Shown here in pieces: positions 49,260 through 60,083 of a stretch of DNA of 64,000 bases (the stretch's first letter is position 1; each line of letters starts with the position of its first letter). The stretch comes from an uncultured Chloroflexia bacterium (GTDB lineage Bacteria; Chloroflexota; Limnocylindria; Limnocylindrales; CSP1-4): the NCBI GenBank assembly GCA_963767945.1, contig CAVYGH010000013.1:162576-226575 (forward strand). Direction: 5' to 3'. The position numbers and the translations under genes were made by a program. Under the pieces are notes generated by a model, which searched no databases, had not been told where the DNA came from, and saw only the letters and a list, made by a program, of their open reading frames with translations.

Positions 49260-50370
49260 ATGATCGGAACCGTCGCACACGTCGTCGGCGCCAGGCCCAA
49301 CTTCATGAAGGCCGCCCCGGTCATCGCCGCGCTTCGCGCGAGGGGCGTCGACCAGAAGCTCATCCACACGGGCCAGCACTACGACGCCGGCATGTCGGAC
49401 GTGTTCTTCCGGGACCTCGCGCTGCCCGAGCCGGACCTCAACCTCGGCGTCGGCTCCGGGAGCCAGGCCGCCCAGACGGCCGCGATCATGGTCGCGCTCG
49501 AGGACGCGTTCAGTCAGGTCGATCCGGCGCTGATCCTGGTCTACGGGGACGTCAACTCGACGATGGCCGCGGCCCTCGTCGCCGCGAAGACGCTGCCGCC
49601 CGATCGGGCACGTCGAGGCCGGGCTGCGCAGCTTCGACGACACGATGCCCGAGGAGATCAACCGGCGGGTCACCGACCTGCTCTCCGACCTGCTGTTCGT
49701 CACCAGCCCCGAGGGCGTCACCAACCTCGAGCGGATGGGCGTGGCCGCGGAGCGTGTCCACTTCGTCGGCAACCCGATGATCGACACCCTGCTCGCCAAC
49801 CTCGACCGCTTCCAGCCGGCGCCGGTCCGGGCCAGACTCGGCGTCCCGGAGCGATACGCGGTGGCGACGATGCACCGCCCGGCCAACGTCGACGAGCCGG
49901 CCCAGGCGGCGCGGGTCGTCGCCATGCTCCGAGCCGTCGCGGAGGCGGTCCCGCTGGTCCTGCCGCTCCACCCCCGTGGCCGCCCGGTGCTCGAAGCCGC
50001 GGGCCTCGTCTCGGACGACCGGCTCCGGGTGGTCGAGCCGCTCGGCTACCTCGACTTCATCTCGCTCGTCCGCGGCGCCGCCCTCGTCGTGACCGATTCG
50101 GGCGGGATCCAGGAGGAGACGACGGTGCTCGGCGTCCCGTGCCTCACCGTCCGCCCCAACACCGAACGACCGATCACCATCACCCACGGCACGAACCGGC
50201 TGGCCGAGCCGGAGGCGGTCCCGGCGCTCGCGCGGGCGATCCTGGCAGACGGCCTGGCCGTGCCCGCGGATGGCCCGCCGCTCTGGGACGGCCACGCGGG
50301 CGAGCGGATCGCCGCGATCGTGCACGACTGGATCGACGCGCGGAACGCGGTCTCCCCGCTCGGCGCCTGA
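49260..50370 (+). CDS. wecB: UDP-N-acetylglucosamine 2-epimerase (non-hydrolysing), with one frameshift near 49600
   Basis: MIGTVAHVVGARPNFMKAAPVIAAL…HTGQHYD…ILVYGDVNSTMAAALVAAKTLPP / GHVEAGLRSFDDTMPEEINRRVTDLLSDLLF… (ORF 49645..50370). Confidence 0.75.
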
Positions 50371-50381
50371 TCCGGGACGAC

Positions 50382-52558
50382 CTAGCGCGAGGTCGTCAGG
50401 ATGTCGAGGCTGGGCAAGGCCGCCTCGAGGCGCGACGCCAGGGCCCGGGCATAGGTCGCGGTCAGGTGGTGGGTGTCGCGATAGACGAGGAACCGCCCGA
50501 TGACGCTCGGGCACGGGTCCGTGAAGCACATGAACGATGTCGGGTCGATGAACGTCGCGCCGTTCGCGGGCGCGATGCCGGCATCGTCGGCCAGCCGGGT
50601 CGTCGCGACGGCCTGGTCGAAGGGATTGGAGCAGATCGAGGCGTCGTCGAGGTGTGCGGACAGGCAGGCCGGCGGGTCCTCGCGCATCCGGGCGGTCTCG
50701 CCGATGAGCACGACGGATCGGGCGACCCCGCCCAGCTGCCGGAGCGTCCGCTCGACGCCTGCGGACCAGACGTCCTCGTGGTCCGTCGACCACGCGAGAT
50801 GTCCGTCGATGTCGAGCGGGTAGTTCCTGTCGTTCGCCAGGACGACGAGTGCCGGGTGCTCGTCGGCGATCTGGGCAAGGGCGGCCTCGCGCCATTCGTC
50901 GCACTCGGTGTAGTGGCGATTGAACAGGGTGCTCCAGACGGGGACGTCGATCGACGAACAGGCGGACTTGGTCAGCGAGACGAGCCGCCAGCGGTGTGCG
51001 GCGGCGATCTCCTCGAGCGCCGGATACCACTGCGCGGCATGTGAATCGCCGTACAGGACCACGGTCGTCGCCGCATCCTCGACGCCCGACACGCACAGGC
51101 GGGGGCGGCGATCCGGCGGACCCAGGTGGCAGCCATTCGAGTAGATGATCGGGACGTCGTCGCGCGCCGACGCGAGGTCGGGGGCCAGATCGGCCGGGAC
51201 CGGCGCCGGCGCGAGGGGCGGCAGCGTCGCGCCTGGGCCTGTCGCCCGGCCCCGCACGCCCTGCGGCGGTCGCTCGACGGCGATCAGGCCCGAGGGCAGG
51301 GGGACCTCATCGAGACCGCCGCCCGCCGCCGGGCCGACGCCTTGCAGGCGCCCGCCGGCCCCGACGGCGACCGCGGCGCCGGCGACCGCGATGAGCACCG
51401 TGAAGGCGCCCGCCGTCGCGAGGACACGCGGCGGGTGCGTCCCGACGAGTGCGCCGCGCCGGATCGGCTCCTCGACCCAGCGGTGGCTCGCCGAAGCGAC
51501 CAGGACGGCGAGGCCGACGAGGGCGATCGTCGCCGACCGGCGACAGGGCGCTGCCCAGGGCGACGGCAGGCAGGACGAGGAGCGGCCAGTGCCAGAGGTA
51601 GAGGCTGTACGAGATGCGGCCCAGGTACCGAACCGGCGCGAGGGCGAGCACGGGCTGGCGAGGCGGCGGCGTCGCGGGACCCAAGCCCGCTTGCGATGAC
51701 CATCGCGGTGCCAAGGGTCGGAAGGAGGGCCGCCGTGCCCGGATACGGCGTCGCCTCGTCCAGCACGAGTGCGGATGCCACCACGAGCGCGAGGCCCGTC
51801 CAGCCGACCAGCGGTCCGAGGCGGTTGGGAACGACGCGCGCGGCAACAGGCAGCGCGAGCACTCCGCCGAGCGCGAGCTCCCAGGCCCGGGTCGGCAGCA
51901 GGAAGAACGCCCATGGCTGCTGGACGCCGGTCAGCCAGACGGCAAGCAGCAGCGACGTCGTGAACACGACGACCAGCACCATGCCCACACGGACATGCCC
52001 GCGGGCGACGCCGCCGGTCCTGAACGCGGCTCCGGCGACGAGTGCGAGCAGCGCCGGCCAGAGCAGGTAGAACTGCTCCTCCACCCCGAGCGACCAGAAG
52101 TGGAGGACGGGTGATGGCGGCAGGTCCGAGGCGAGGTAGTCCGTGGCGCCAAGCCCGAACCGGAGGTTGGAGACGTACCCAGCCGCCGCGACGACATCGG
52201 CGGTGACATCCGGGACGCGGAGTGGTGGCAGCAGGATCGCCGACAGCGCGAGCGTCGCGAGCAGCGTCAGTGCCGCCGCGGGCAGCAGCCGCCGCGCCCG
52301 CCGGGCGTAGAACCGGGGCAGGGAGATCCTGCCGGTCGCGGCGAGCTCGCGGACCAGGAGGCCGGTGATCAGGAACCCCGACAGGACGAAGAAGACATCG
52401 ACCCCGACGTAGCCCCCGTCGAAGCCCGGCAGACCGGCATGAAACGCGAGCACGAGGAGGACCGCGACGGCCCGCATCCCCTCGAGGTCGGCCCGGAAGC
52501 CCTCGCCCCGCGCGGCGCCGTCGGCCGCCTCGTCCCTGGGGATCTCGACGCCACTCAC
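50382..52558 (-). CDS. OatA/OafA-like O-acyltransferase: N-terminal acyltransferase-3 membrane domain plus C-terminal SGNH hydrolase domain, with about 3 frameshifts
   Basis: AT3 motifs (LEGMRAVAVLLVLAFHAG…VDVFFVLSGFLITGLL…HFWSLGVEEQFYLLWP). Fragments …YLGRISYSLYLWHWPLLVL… and …RSATIALVGLAVLVASASHRWVEEP… in other frames. C-terminal SGNH (…VVLYGDSHAAQWYPALE…). Confidence 0.65.
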
Positions 52559-52717
52559 GGCAACGGGCGGCCGGCCACGGCTCGGACCCTCGACCGGGCC
52601 GCCTGTGCGTCACGAAGGGCGACAGCGGCGACCCCGGGATCGGACGGCGAGGACATCGGGGTCGATGGCGCATCGGGCGCCAGTATAGGTTGGGTCCCGG
52701 ATCCAGGCTCGTGCGCC

Positions 52718-53940
52718 TCAGCACGTCGGGCGCAGGAGGCTCACGCCCGCGGCCACCAGCCTCGCGAGCCCACGACGAATCGAGCGACGCACCCGCGTCG
52801 CGATGACGGCGACCAGGCGGCGAGTGGCGACGTCGCCGACCCGGAGCTCATCGACTCGTGGCCCGCCATCCCCGTTCGCCGATTCGGCACTCGCGGCACC
52901 CGGCACGGCACCCCCGGACAACAGCGCGCCCATGGCCATCGACCCCGCGACGGCGGCCGGGACCTCGATCTCGGGCAGCCGGTCGCCCGCGAGGGGGCTC
53001 GTCGGCACGACCGTCAGCGCGTCGAGGTCGCCCACCACGCGCACGCCGGACGCCCGGATGCCGGCGACGATCTCACGCTCGATCTCGCCCGCCCGGTCGA
53101 GGGCCCATTGCGGCGTCTCGATCCGCAGCTCGCCCGGGTCGGGCGGCCGGGCCTTCATGAATGCGGCGACCTTCATCCGCACGATCCGATGGAATGCGGC
53201 GCGGCTCAGACCCTCCGCGATGAACTGCTCGCTCAGGGCACGGATCGCCGTGAGCTCGCCGAGCGTCAGCGACCGGTTGGTGACGTCCCGCTGCACCTCG
53301 AGCGTGCCGTCGCGCAGCCCGAGCAGGCGCTCGAAGGCGCGCAGCAGGAACGCGTGGTCGCGATCGTCGACGACGACCGCCGTCAGGCTCGCCGGTCCCA
53401 CCACCTCGGCCCAGCGGGCGATGAGGGCGTCGTGTCGCTGGCGGTGCCAGAAGGTTGGCGTGAGCCGGCCCGGCGGCTTGTTGAGCATCGCGTCGAGCCA
53501 GTTCTCGAACCCCGCCCGGAGCCCGCTCTGGACGTGCTCCTGCCATTCGGACGCCAGGATCCGCTGCAGCGGTCGCAGCGTCACGACGACGTGCACCCGG
53601 TGCGGGTCCAGGTCGTCGACGATCCGCCGGATCGCGTCGGACTGCGCGTAGGCGAAGCCCTCGCTGCTCAGGATCAGGCGGGGCTCGCGAGCCGCGCGGA
53701 TCTCGCGCAGCAGGCGGTCCCAGTTGTCCATCGACGGCGTGCCGCGGTCCTCGTCGAACGACGCCCGGTTCGTCACGGCGAGGACCGCCCGGCTGGAGTG
53801 CCGCGATCGGCCCGCGTAGTGGACGCCCTGGGCCAGCGCGTCGGCGCGCGCCGTCCAGAACGAGGCCTGCAGCGAGGTCGTGCCGGTCTTGGGCGGTCCG
53901 ATGTGGAGCAGGCGCGCGCCGGGCGGCGACGAGCAGCGAC
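52718..53940 (-). CDS. Sulfotransferase-family protein (P-loop PAPS-binding), with a probable frameshift near 53895. N-terminus uncertain.
   Basis: LLHIGPPKTGTTSLQASFW (sulfotransferase 5'-PSB motif PKxGTT) lies in frame upstream of ORF 52718..53776. No in-frame start follows the preceding TGA, so the true N-terminus must be in another frame. Confidence 0.5.
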
Positions 53941-54043
53941 TCGTCGGGCGTGCGGATCACCCGACCGGCGCCTTCCACCGGGTCGCCGCTGCCGGGAGGC
54001 CGGCCGCCGGTTGACGACGCGGAACCGGCATCCTCCGACTTCT

Positions 54044-55468
54044 TCACGCGACGCCCAGCCGCTCGAACACCGCCCGGTACAGCTGCCCGTTGCGGGCCCA
54101 CGTCCGCTCGGCGGCGATCCACTCGCGTGCCCGACGGCCAAGGGCGGTGCGCAGGCCCGGGTCGTCGAGGAGAGACGCGAGCACGTCGGCAAGGTCGACG
54201 GGATTCTCGGGTTCGAAGGTCAGCCCCGTCTCACCCGGGATCACGATCTCGCGGAGGGCCGGCAGGTCGCTGACGACGAGCGGGCGTTCGAGGGCCATGG
54301 CCTCGTAGGGCTTGAGCGGGGTCACGAGCTGCGCCACGCGGTTCGCGGTCCGGGGCACGACGAAGACGTCGATGACCGAGTAGTAGGAGAGGATCTCGTC
54401 GTGATCGACCCGTCCGGGCATGATCAGGGTCCCGTCCGCGTCGAGGCCGAGCCGCCGCGCCGTCGCCCGGATCACCGGCTCCTCGTCACCGTCGCCGACG
54501 AGCAGCACGCGGACGCGCCTGCCCCGCGAGCGGAGGAGGGCCGCGGCCTCGAGCAGACACGGGATCCCTTCGTAGGCGTTGAAGGTCGAGATGTAGCCGA
54601 CCACGCGATCGCCGGGCTCGATGCCGAGTCGACTGGCGAGACCCGCATCTCGCGGAGCCGGGCGGAACCTGTCGAGGTCGACCGCATTCGGTACGACGAC
54701 GACCTTGTCGGGCTCGCAGCCACGTCCGACGATCTCGGCACGCATCACGTCCGACAGCGTCACGACGATGTCCGAGGCGACCATCGCCGCGGTCTCAGCC
54801 TCGCGCGTCAGGCGGTAGCGGTCGGTTTCCATCGCTGCGGCTTCGCCGCGGTCGAGCCGTGCGGTCCAGCTCTCCTCCCAGAATCCGCGGACCTCGTAGA
54901 CCACCGGGATGCCCATCGAGCGCCCGAGCGCCAGGGCGATCTGGGCCTGGATGTGGTTCGAGGCGGGCTGGAGCACGGCCGGCCGGAACCGGCTCACGAG
55001 GTCGGTCGCCGCGATCACGACGCGCGCGATCATCTCGTCCGGCCGACCGGTCCACGGGAGGGGCTCCACCCGGTTGTAGACGACGGGTCCGATCCGGTCG
55101 AAGGTGCCCGGCGTGCCGCCCGTCCCCTTCGGGAACCCCGTCCGGACCATGACCTGCGCGTCGAGCCCGGCCGCGATCTGGCTCTCCACGACGCTCTGGG
55201 TTCGCACCGTGTAGCCGGCCAGCCGGTGTGGCAGCGCGACGGACACGACGTGCATCACGCGTCCGAGCTGCGCACGACCCCGCAGCTGTCGCAGTCGCGG
55301 CTCCACCGCGCCGATCGCCGGTGTCCAGCCGGGCTGCAGGATCGCGAGGTGAGCCTGCGCGAGCGCGACGAGCGATTGCGCCTTCGGGATCCCGGCAGCG
55401 ACGGCGCGCTGCCCGGCCGCGACCGCGTCGCGATAGCGCCCCTCGTCGAACGCGAGCTGGAACCGCAT
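54044..55468 (-). CDS. GT4-family glycosyltransferase with an N-terminal helical extension (possibly extended further upstream by frameshifted TPR-like sequence to about 55880)
   Basis: Intact 474-aa ORF. GT-B C-terminal domain …VGYISTFNAYEGIPCLLEAAALL…LLVGDGDEE…TPLKPYEAMALERPLVVSDLPALREIV… 415-nt apparent gap upstream contains protein-like fragments (RRRLIELVYDAGYKDVAVRGLARLP; SLAFVVRQAGGPEQTAEELATRLLSLTGPD) in other frames. Confidence 0.8.
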   Translation of the reverse strand: MRFQLAFDEGRYRDAVAAGQRAVAAGIPKAQSLVALAQAHLAILQPGWTPAIGAVEPRLRQLRGRAQLGRVMHVVSVALPHRLAGYTVRTQSVVESQIAAGLDAQVMVRTGFPKGTGGTPGTFDRIGPVVYNRVEPLPWTGRPDEMIARVVIAATDLVSRFRPAVLQPASNHIQAQIALALGRSMGIPVVYEVRGFWEESWTARLDRGEAAAMETDRYRLTREAETAAMVASDIVVTLSDVMRAEIVGRGCEPDKVVVVPNAVDLDRFRPAPRDAGLASRLGIEPGDRVVGYISTFNAYEGIPCLLEAAALLRSRGRRVRVLLVGDGDEEPVIRATARRLGLDADGTLIMPGRVDHDEILSYYSVIDVFVVPRTANRVAQLVTPLKPYEAMALERPLVVSDLPALREIVIPGETGLTFEPENPVDLADVLASLLDDPGLRTALGRRAREWIAAERTWARNGQLYRAVFERLGVA

Positions 55469-55883
55469 CGGCTCGAGGGCTCGGGCTGTCGTCGTCGGGG
55501 AGCCGCGCCAGGCCGCGGACGGCGACGTCCTTGTAGCCGGCGTCGTACACGAGCTCGATCAGCCGCCTCCGGCCGCCGGCTGTCAGGTCCGGTGAGGCTC
55601 AGGAGCCGCGTCGCAAGCTCCTCCGCCGTCTGTTCCGGACCGCCGGCCTGGCGCACCACGAATGCCAGCGACGTCAGCCGAGGGGATCCCGGCCGACGAA
55701 GGGCCGCGCTGGTGAGCAGCCCGGCGACCGGCCGCAGCACCCACGTCGGACGGGGCCGGGCAGGCGGACACCGTAGTCGGCGACCGCGGCGACGCCGCGC
55801 GTGCGGATCCGACGGATGACTCTCACCGGCAGGGTCGCCACGCGCAGGAGGCGGGGGCGTGGGCGTGGGCGCGCGGGAGCCGG

Positions 55884-56813
55884 TCAAGGCACGCTTTGAC
55901 CGGCTTCCGGCCCGCTTCCATCCGCCTGGCGTCGCAGGATGGCCGTCCCGCGGGAGGTCTTGACCACCTTCGCCACCCACCCCGGCTCCTCGGCCACCCA
56001 GCGCTCGACCATCTGTCGCTCCGCGTCGCGATAGGCGTCGTCCACGAAGACGAACGCATCACCATGGAGCTGTTCGCGAAACGCGGGCAACGCCGGGTAC
56101 CGCGGCAGCCCGGTCCGATCGATCGCCTGTGGCGGGCCGTCGACCACGAGCACGTCGACGCGGGGCAGGGCTCGGACCTCGGGCGGCAGGTCATACCAGC
56201 GAAACCGCTCACCTCGCACGTCCAGCTCGACGAGCGGTGCGTCGAGCACGGTCACCCACGCCTCCAGGTCGTGCGCCGCGAGATGGCGCCGGGTGAGCGC
56301 TGCGAACGCCGGTTCGTGGTCGAGGCTGTAGAGGTGTCCGCTGCCGGCCTCGGAGAGCTGCTTGCCGATGACGAGGCTCGAGCCTCCCGAGCCGAGCTCG
56401 ACGACCACCGACGGCCGCGCCAGCCCGACCTCCCGGGCAAGCACCACCGCCGCGTCCCACGCGAGCGCCCAGTTCCCGCCCAGCGGCAGGGGATAGGGGG
56501 TGGCGGTCGGCGAGAGGACGGCCATCGCGCCGGCCTCGTGGATGGTGGCCTCGAGACCGCGGACCCGGGTGGCGATCGAGACCGTCCGGCGTTCGATCGC
56601 GGCGAGGGAGGCCTGCGAGCGCTTGCCGGCGCGGCGCAGACGGTCGTTCGTGAGGTGGTTCATCAGGACGACCGTGGCGACGATGACCGCGGTCGGCGCC
56701 GCCAACGTGAGGTCGCCAAGGCCGACGAGCGACGCGAGCACGACCAGCAGCGCTGCGCCGAATCCGGCGACGGCCGCAATCGCGAGCCATCGAATTCGGC
56801 CATCAACTCGCAC
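55884..56813 (-). CDS. Membrane-anchored class I SAM-dependent methyltransferase-like protein (Methyltransf_24/TylF-like), predicted
   Basis: N-terminal TM (WLAIAAVAGFGAALLVVLASLVGL). …VVELGSGGSSLVIGKQL…LYSLDHEPAF…VDVLVVDGP… resembles TylF/MycF-type O-methyltransferase folds. Confidence 0.5.
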   Translation of the reverse strand: MRVDGRIRWLAIAAVAGFGAALLVVLASLVGLGDLTLAAPTAVIVATVVLMNHLTNDRLRRAGKRSQASLAAIERRTVSIATRVRGLEATIHEAGAMAVLSPTATPYPLPLGGNWALAWDAAVVLAREVGLARPSVVVELGSGGSSLVIGKQLSEAGSGHLYSLDHEPAFAALTRRHLAAHDLEAWVTVLDAPLVELDVRGERFRWYDLPPEVRALPRVDVLVVDGPPQAIDRTGLPRYPALPAFREQLHGDAFVFVDDAYRDAERQMVERWVAEEPGWVAKVVKTSRGTAILRRQADGSGPEAGQSVP

Positions 56814-56822
56814 GTCTCCATC

Positions 56823-58106
56823 CTACTCGCGGGGCACTCGCGCGAGGGGAGCCTGGCGCCCGGTGGGGCCGAGCGACGGGGAGCTCAGCCGTGGCGCGGG
56901 CCGGGGGGCGACGCCGATCGCGAGCTGGATGCGGTCCGGCTGCGCCGCCACGCCCCGGCACGGAGCACGAAGGTGAGCAGCGGAGCACTCAGGGCGGGCG
57001 GCAATCGGCTCGCCATGCGCAGCCACGTTCGAGCCGCGCCGAGCCGGCAGCGGGTCGAGGACTCGGGGATTCGCGCGGAGCGCGGCTCGCACGAGCGACA
57101 GGTACGCCACCCTCGCGCGCGCCCCAAGGCCGAGGTAGGACTGGAGCGGCGCGGCGAGGACGGCCGTGCCGATCGCGTCGGTGTCGGCTCGGACGTCCGG
57201 CGGGATGCCGTCGAGGAACGTCCGCATCGCGTCGAGGAGCCCGGCCGTATCGCGATCGGCGCGACGCATCGCGCCCGCGAGCTGGGCCTCGAGGTCGGCG
57301 CGCAGGAGGCGCTCGAGGTATGTCACCGCGATCCGATGGCGCAACTCGGGCTCGACCGTGCCCTCGACCTCGGTCATCACCGTCGAGAAGGCGCGCCCCG
57401 CCATCTCGACCGCCACCGTCGCGAGGGCCGCCGAGCGAGTGCGCGCCGAGGTGATCGTCGGCTTGCCGTGGTCCGCGTGCGGCCGCCGCCACTCGTACGC
57501 GACGGTCGAGAGCACCTCGATGGCGTCGCCGGCCCGCAGCAAGGATCGGATCACCCAGGGTTGGTCCCCCAGCACTCGTCCTTCGAACCGAAGGCCCGCG
57601 GCACAGGTGCGGTGAAACAGCTTGCCGACCGGGCCGGCGTAGTACAGGAGGTCCGGGTTGCGGACGATCGACTTCCGCCCGGGCTCGCGGATGTCCGGCC
57701 AGTCGTACAGGACGGGGATCCAGGTGCGCTCGCCGTCCGTCGAGATCCGCTGGCCGACGACGGCCAGCGCCTCGCGGCTGTCGCCGGCCTCGACCATCGC
57801 TCGCAGGCCGCCGGGGAGCAGCCGGTCGTCGGCGTCGAGGAAGGCCAGCCAGGTCCCATTCGCGACATCCAGAGCGAGGTTCCTGGCCGCGGACACCCCG
57901 CGGTTGTCCGGCGACCGGAGGAGCCTCACGCGCGGATCCCGGCTCGCGATCGCCTCGAGGATGCCCGCCGTGCCGTCGGTCGAACCGTCGTCGACGACGA
58001 TGCACTCGAGCGCGACGTCCGTTTCCTCGAGCACCGACGCGAGCGCGTCTGCGATCGTTGCCTCGGCGTTCCACGCCGCGACGATCACGCTCAGCCGCGG
58101 ATCCAT
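56823..58106 (-). CDS. GT2-family glycosyltransferase
   Basis: MDPRLSVIVAAWNAEATIADALASVL…CIVVDDGSTDGT…LAFLDADD (GT-A DxD). I set the start at Met-115 of the ORF-track ORF because the preceding 114 aa are Arg/Pro-rich and not protein-like. Confidence 0.75.
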   Translation of the reverse strand: MDPRLSVIVAAWNAEATIADALASVLEETDVALECIVVDDGSTDGTAGILEAIASRDPRVRLLRSPDNRGVSAARNLALDVANGTWLAFLDADDRLLPGGLRAMVEAGDSREALAVVGQRISTDGERTWIPVLYDWPDIREPGRKSIVRNPDLLYYAGPVGKLFHRTCAAGLRFEGRVLGDQPWVIRSLLRAGDAIEVLSTVAYEWRRPHADHGKPTITSARTRSAALATVAVEMAGRAFSTVMTEVEGTVEPELRHRIAVTYLERLLRADLEAQLAGAMRRADRDTAGLLDAMRTFLDGIPPDVRADTDAIGTAVLAAPLQSYLGLGARARVAYLSLVRAALRANPRVLDPLPARRGSNVAAHGEPIAARPECSAAHLRAPCRGVAAQPDRIQLAIGVAPRPAPRLSSPSLGPTGRQAPLARVPRE

Positions 58107-58812
58107 GCTGCGATGCCCCCTCCCTCCTGCCTCGCCAGCATACGTTGGGCTGCTGCACGGAATGGGGACATCGTCACCACGGCGCCGACGCCTCGGCGCC
58201 GGGATCGCTGCTATCCTCCCGGCGCCCGGGACGGCTCGGCCGCCGCGAGCTCGGACGGACGGCAACGCCGCGCGTGGAGGAGTAGTGGGCCCCGACCCTC
58301 GACCCGGTAGCTCACCGAGACGTTCGGCCCGCGTCCACGGCCGCGACCTCGTGGAGCGTCGCCCGTCGGGCGGCCCGGCGACGGCCCCGCGCCGCGGCGG
58401 CGGCCCGGCGGTGAGGCGCCTCGTCCGCCGCATCCGCCGACGGCTCATGGGGACCTACGCGGTTCGACTCGCTCGCGCCGGGTCGCGGCCCTGCGCTTCC
58501 TGCTGCCGGCCCACCCCCGGCTCGCGATCACGCTCGGTCGCGCCGAGGTTGAGGGCTCCTCCAGTCCGGCATTGATCCCCGACCTGGATCGGGCGGTCGC
58601 CATCCGGCCGACGCGCCGGCTCCTGCGCCGTCGTGCGTTCGTCCTCTCGACCGCAGGGGAGATCACGGCGGCCTCTTCCGCGTGGCGTGACCTCGAACGC
58701 CGCGGGGACCCCGAGGCCGCAGAAGCGAGCGACGATGCTCACGGGCCGCCTGGTCGAGACCGATCCGGAGTGGTTGCCGCGCGTCGCCGGGCCGCCGACG
58801 CGCCTGGATCCG

Positions 58813-60072
58813 ATGTCGCGCCGCCGGATCCTCCACATCGCGAAGAGCTCCGTTCCGGAACGCTGGTCCGGGTTCACGATCCGCACCCTCCACAACCTCC
58901 GGGCACAACGCGACGCCGGCCTCGACCCGTGCGTGGTGACCGAGATCGGCTGGCCCCGCGAGGCCGGCGTCACCGACGTCCTCCCGGTCGTCGAGTACGA
59001 CGGCTTCGTCCACTACCGACTCGACCGAGGGCCGGACTACCACCCGGCGAACATCCCCAACGACCAGCGCCTGGTCGACACGGCCGAGGCGATGGTTCCC
59101 GTCGTCGAGCGCGTCCGCCCGGCCATCCTCCACGCGCATTCCGGCTACCGGGGCGGCGACCATGCGCTCATCGCGCTGGCGCTGCGCGAGCGCCTCGGCA
59201 TCCCCGTCGTGTACGAGGTGCGCGGGCTGTTCGAGGGCGTCTGGTCCAAGGATCCCGTCCTCGCCGAGGGATCCGAGCTGTACGCCCGCCGCCTGGCCCA
59301 GGAGACGCGGATCCTGCGCGAGGTGGACGGGATCCTCCCGATCTCCGAGGCCCTCGCCGACGAGCTGGCCTCGCGCGGGATCCCGCGCGACCGGATGACG
59401 ATCGTGCCCAACGGGATCGACGCGCCGGCGCTGGGGACGCCCGATCGCGACCCGTCGAAGCGGGCGGCGCTCGGCCTCGACGGCTCGTTCGTCGTCGGCT
59501 ACCTCGGCAACCTCGACCACTGGCGCGAGGGGATCGACGTCCTGATCGAGGCGGTCGCGATGCTCCGCGAGCGGGGCCGCCGCGACCTCGCGCTGCTCGT
59601 CGTCGGGGACGGGACGCGGCGGCCCGAGCTCGAGCGCCTCGCGCGCCGGCGCGGCGTCGCCGAGGCCTGCCGCTTCACGGGCCGGGTGCCGCACGAGGAG
59701 GTCGCCCAGTCGTACGTGCAGATGGACCTGTTCGCGAACCCCCGCGTCGACGAGCGCGCGGCGCGCTACATCACGCCGCTCAAGCCGTACGAGGCGATGG
59801 CGCTCGGCGTCCCGGTGCTCGTGACCGACCTGCCGGCGCTGCGCGAGATCGTGGATCCTCCGAACCGGGGGTTCGTGGCCCCGGTCGGCGACGCCGCGGG
59901 CCTGGCCCGCGTCATCGAGGAGCTGATGGACCAGCCGGAGCGTCGCGCCGCGGTCGCCGAGGCCGCCCGGGCCTGGGTCCACGCCGAGCGCAGCTGGACC
60001 GCCAACGGCCCGCGCTATCGGACCGCCTACGAGGCGATCCTCGGTCCCATCGGCGCCCGCGCCGCCGGCTGA
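58813..60072 (+). CDS. GT4-family glycosyltransferase, paralog of 54044..55468
   Basis: …RRILHIAKSSVPERWSGFTIRTLHNL…GIPVVYEVRGLFEGVWS…VGYLGNLDHWREGIDVLIEAV…TPLKPYEAMALGVPVLVTDLPALREIV… Roughly 50-60% identical to 54044..55468 over the GT domain. Confidence 0.8.
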   Translation: MSRRRILHIAKSSVPERWSGFTIRTLHNLRAQRDAGLDPCVVTEIGWPREAGVTDVLPVVEYDGFVHYRLDRGPDYHPANIPNDQRLVDTAEAMVPVVERVRPAILHAHSGYRGGDHALIALALRERLGIPVVYEVRGLFEGVWSKDPVLAEGSELYARRLAQETRILREVDGILPISEALADELASRGIPRDRMTIVPNGIDAPALGTPDRDPSKRAALGLDGSFVVGYLGNLDHWREGIDVLIEAVAMLRERGRRDLALLVVGDGTRRPELERLARRRGVAEACRFTGRVPHEEVAQSYVQMDLFANPRVDERAARYITPLKPYEAMALGVPVLVTDLPALREIVDPPNRGFVAPVGDAAGLARVIEELMDQPERRAAVAEAARAWVHAERSWTANGPRYRTAYEAILGPIGARAAG

Positions 60073-60083
60073 CCGCGGCCCCG

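Noticed and set aside
47729-49369. 546-aa minus-strand ORF
   Set aside because: Antisense to the nucleotide-sugar dehydrogenase gene, whose + strand product has clear Rossmann and catalytic motifs.
52439-58310. 1126-aa and 804-aa + strand ORFs
   Set aside because: Antisense to the sulfotransferase, GT4, methyltransferase and GT2 genes. Low-complexity Arg/Gly/Asp text.
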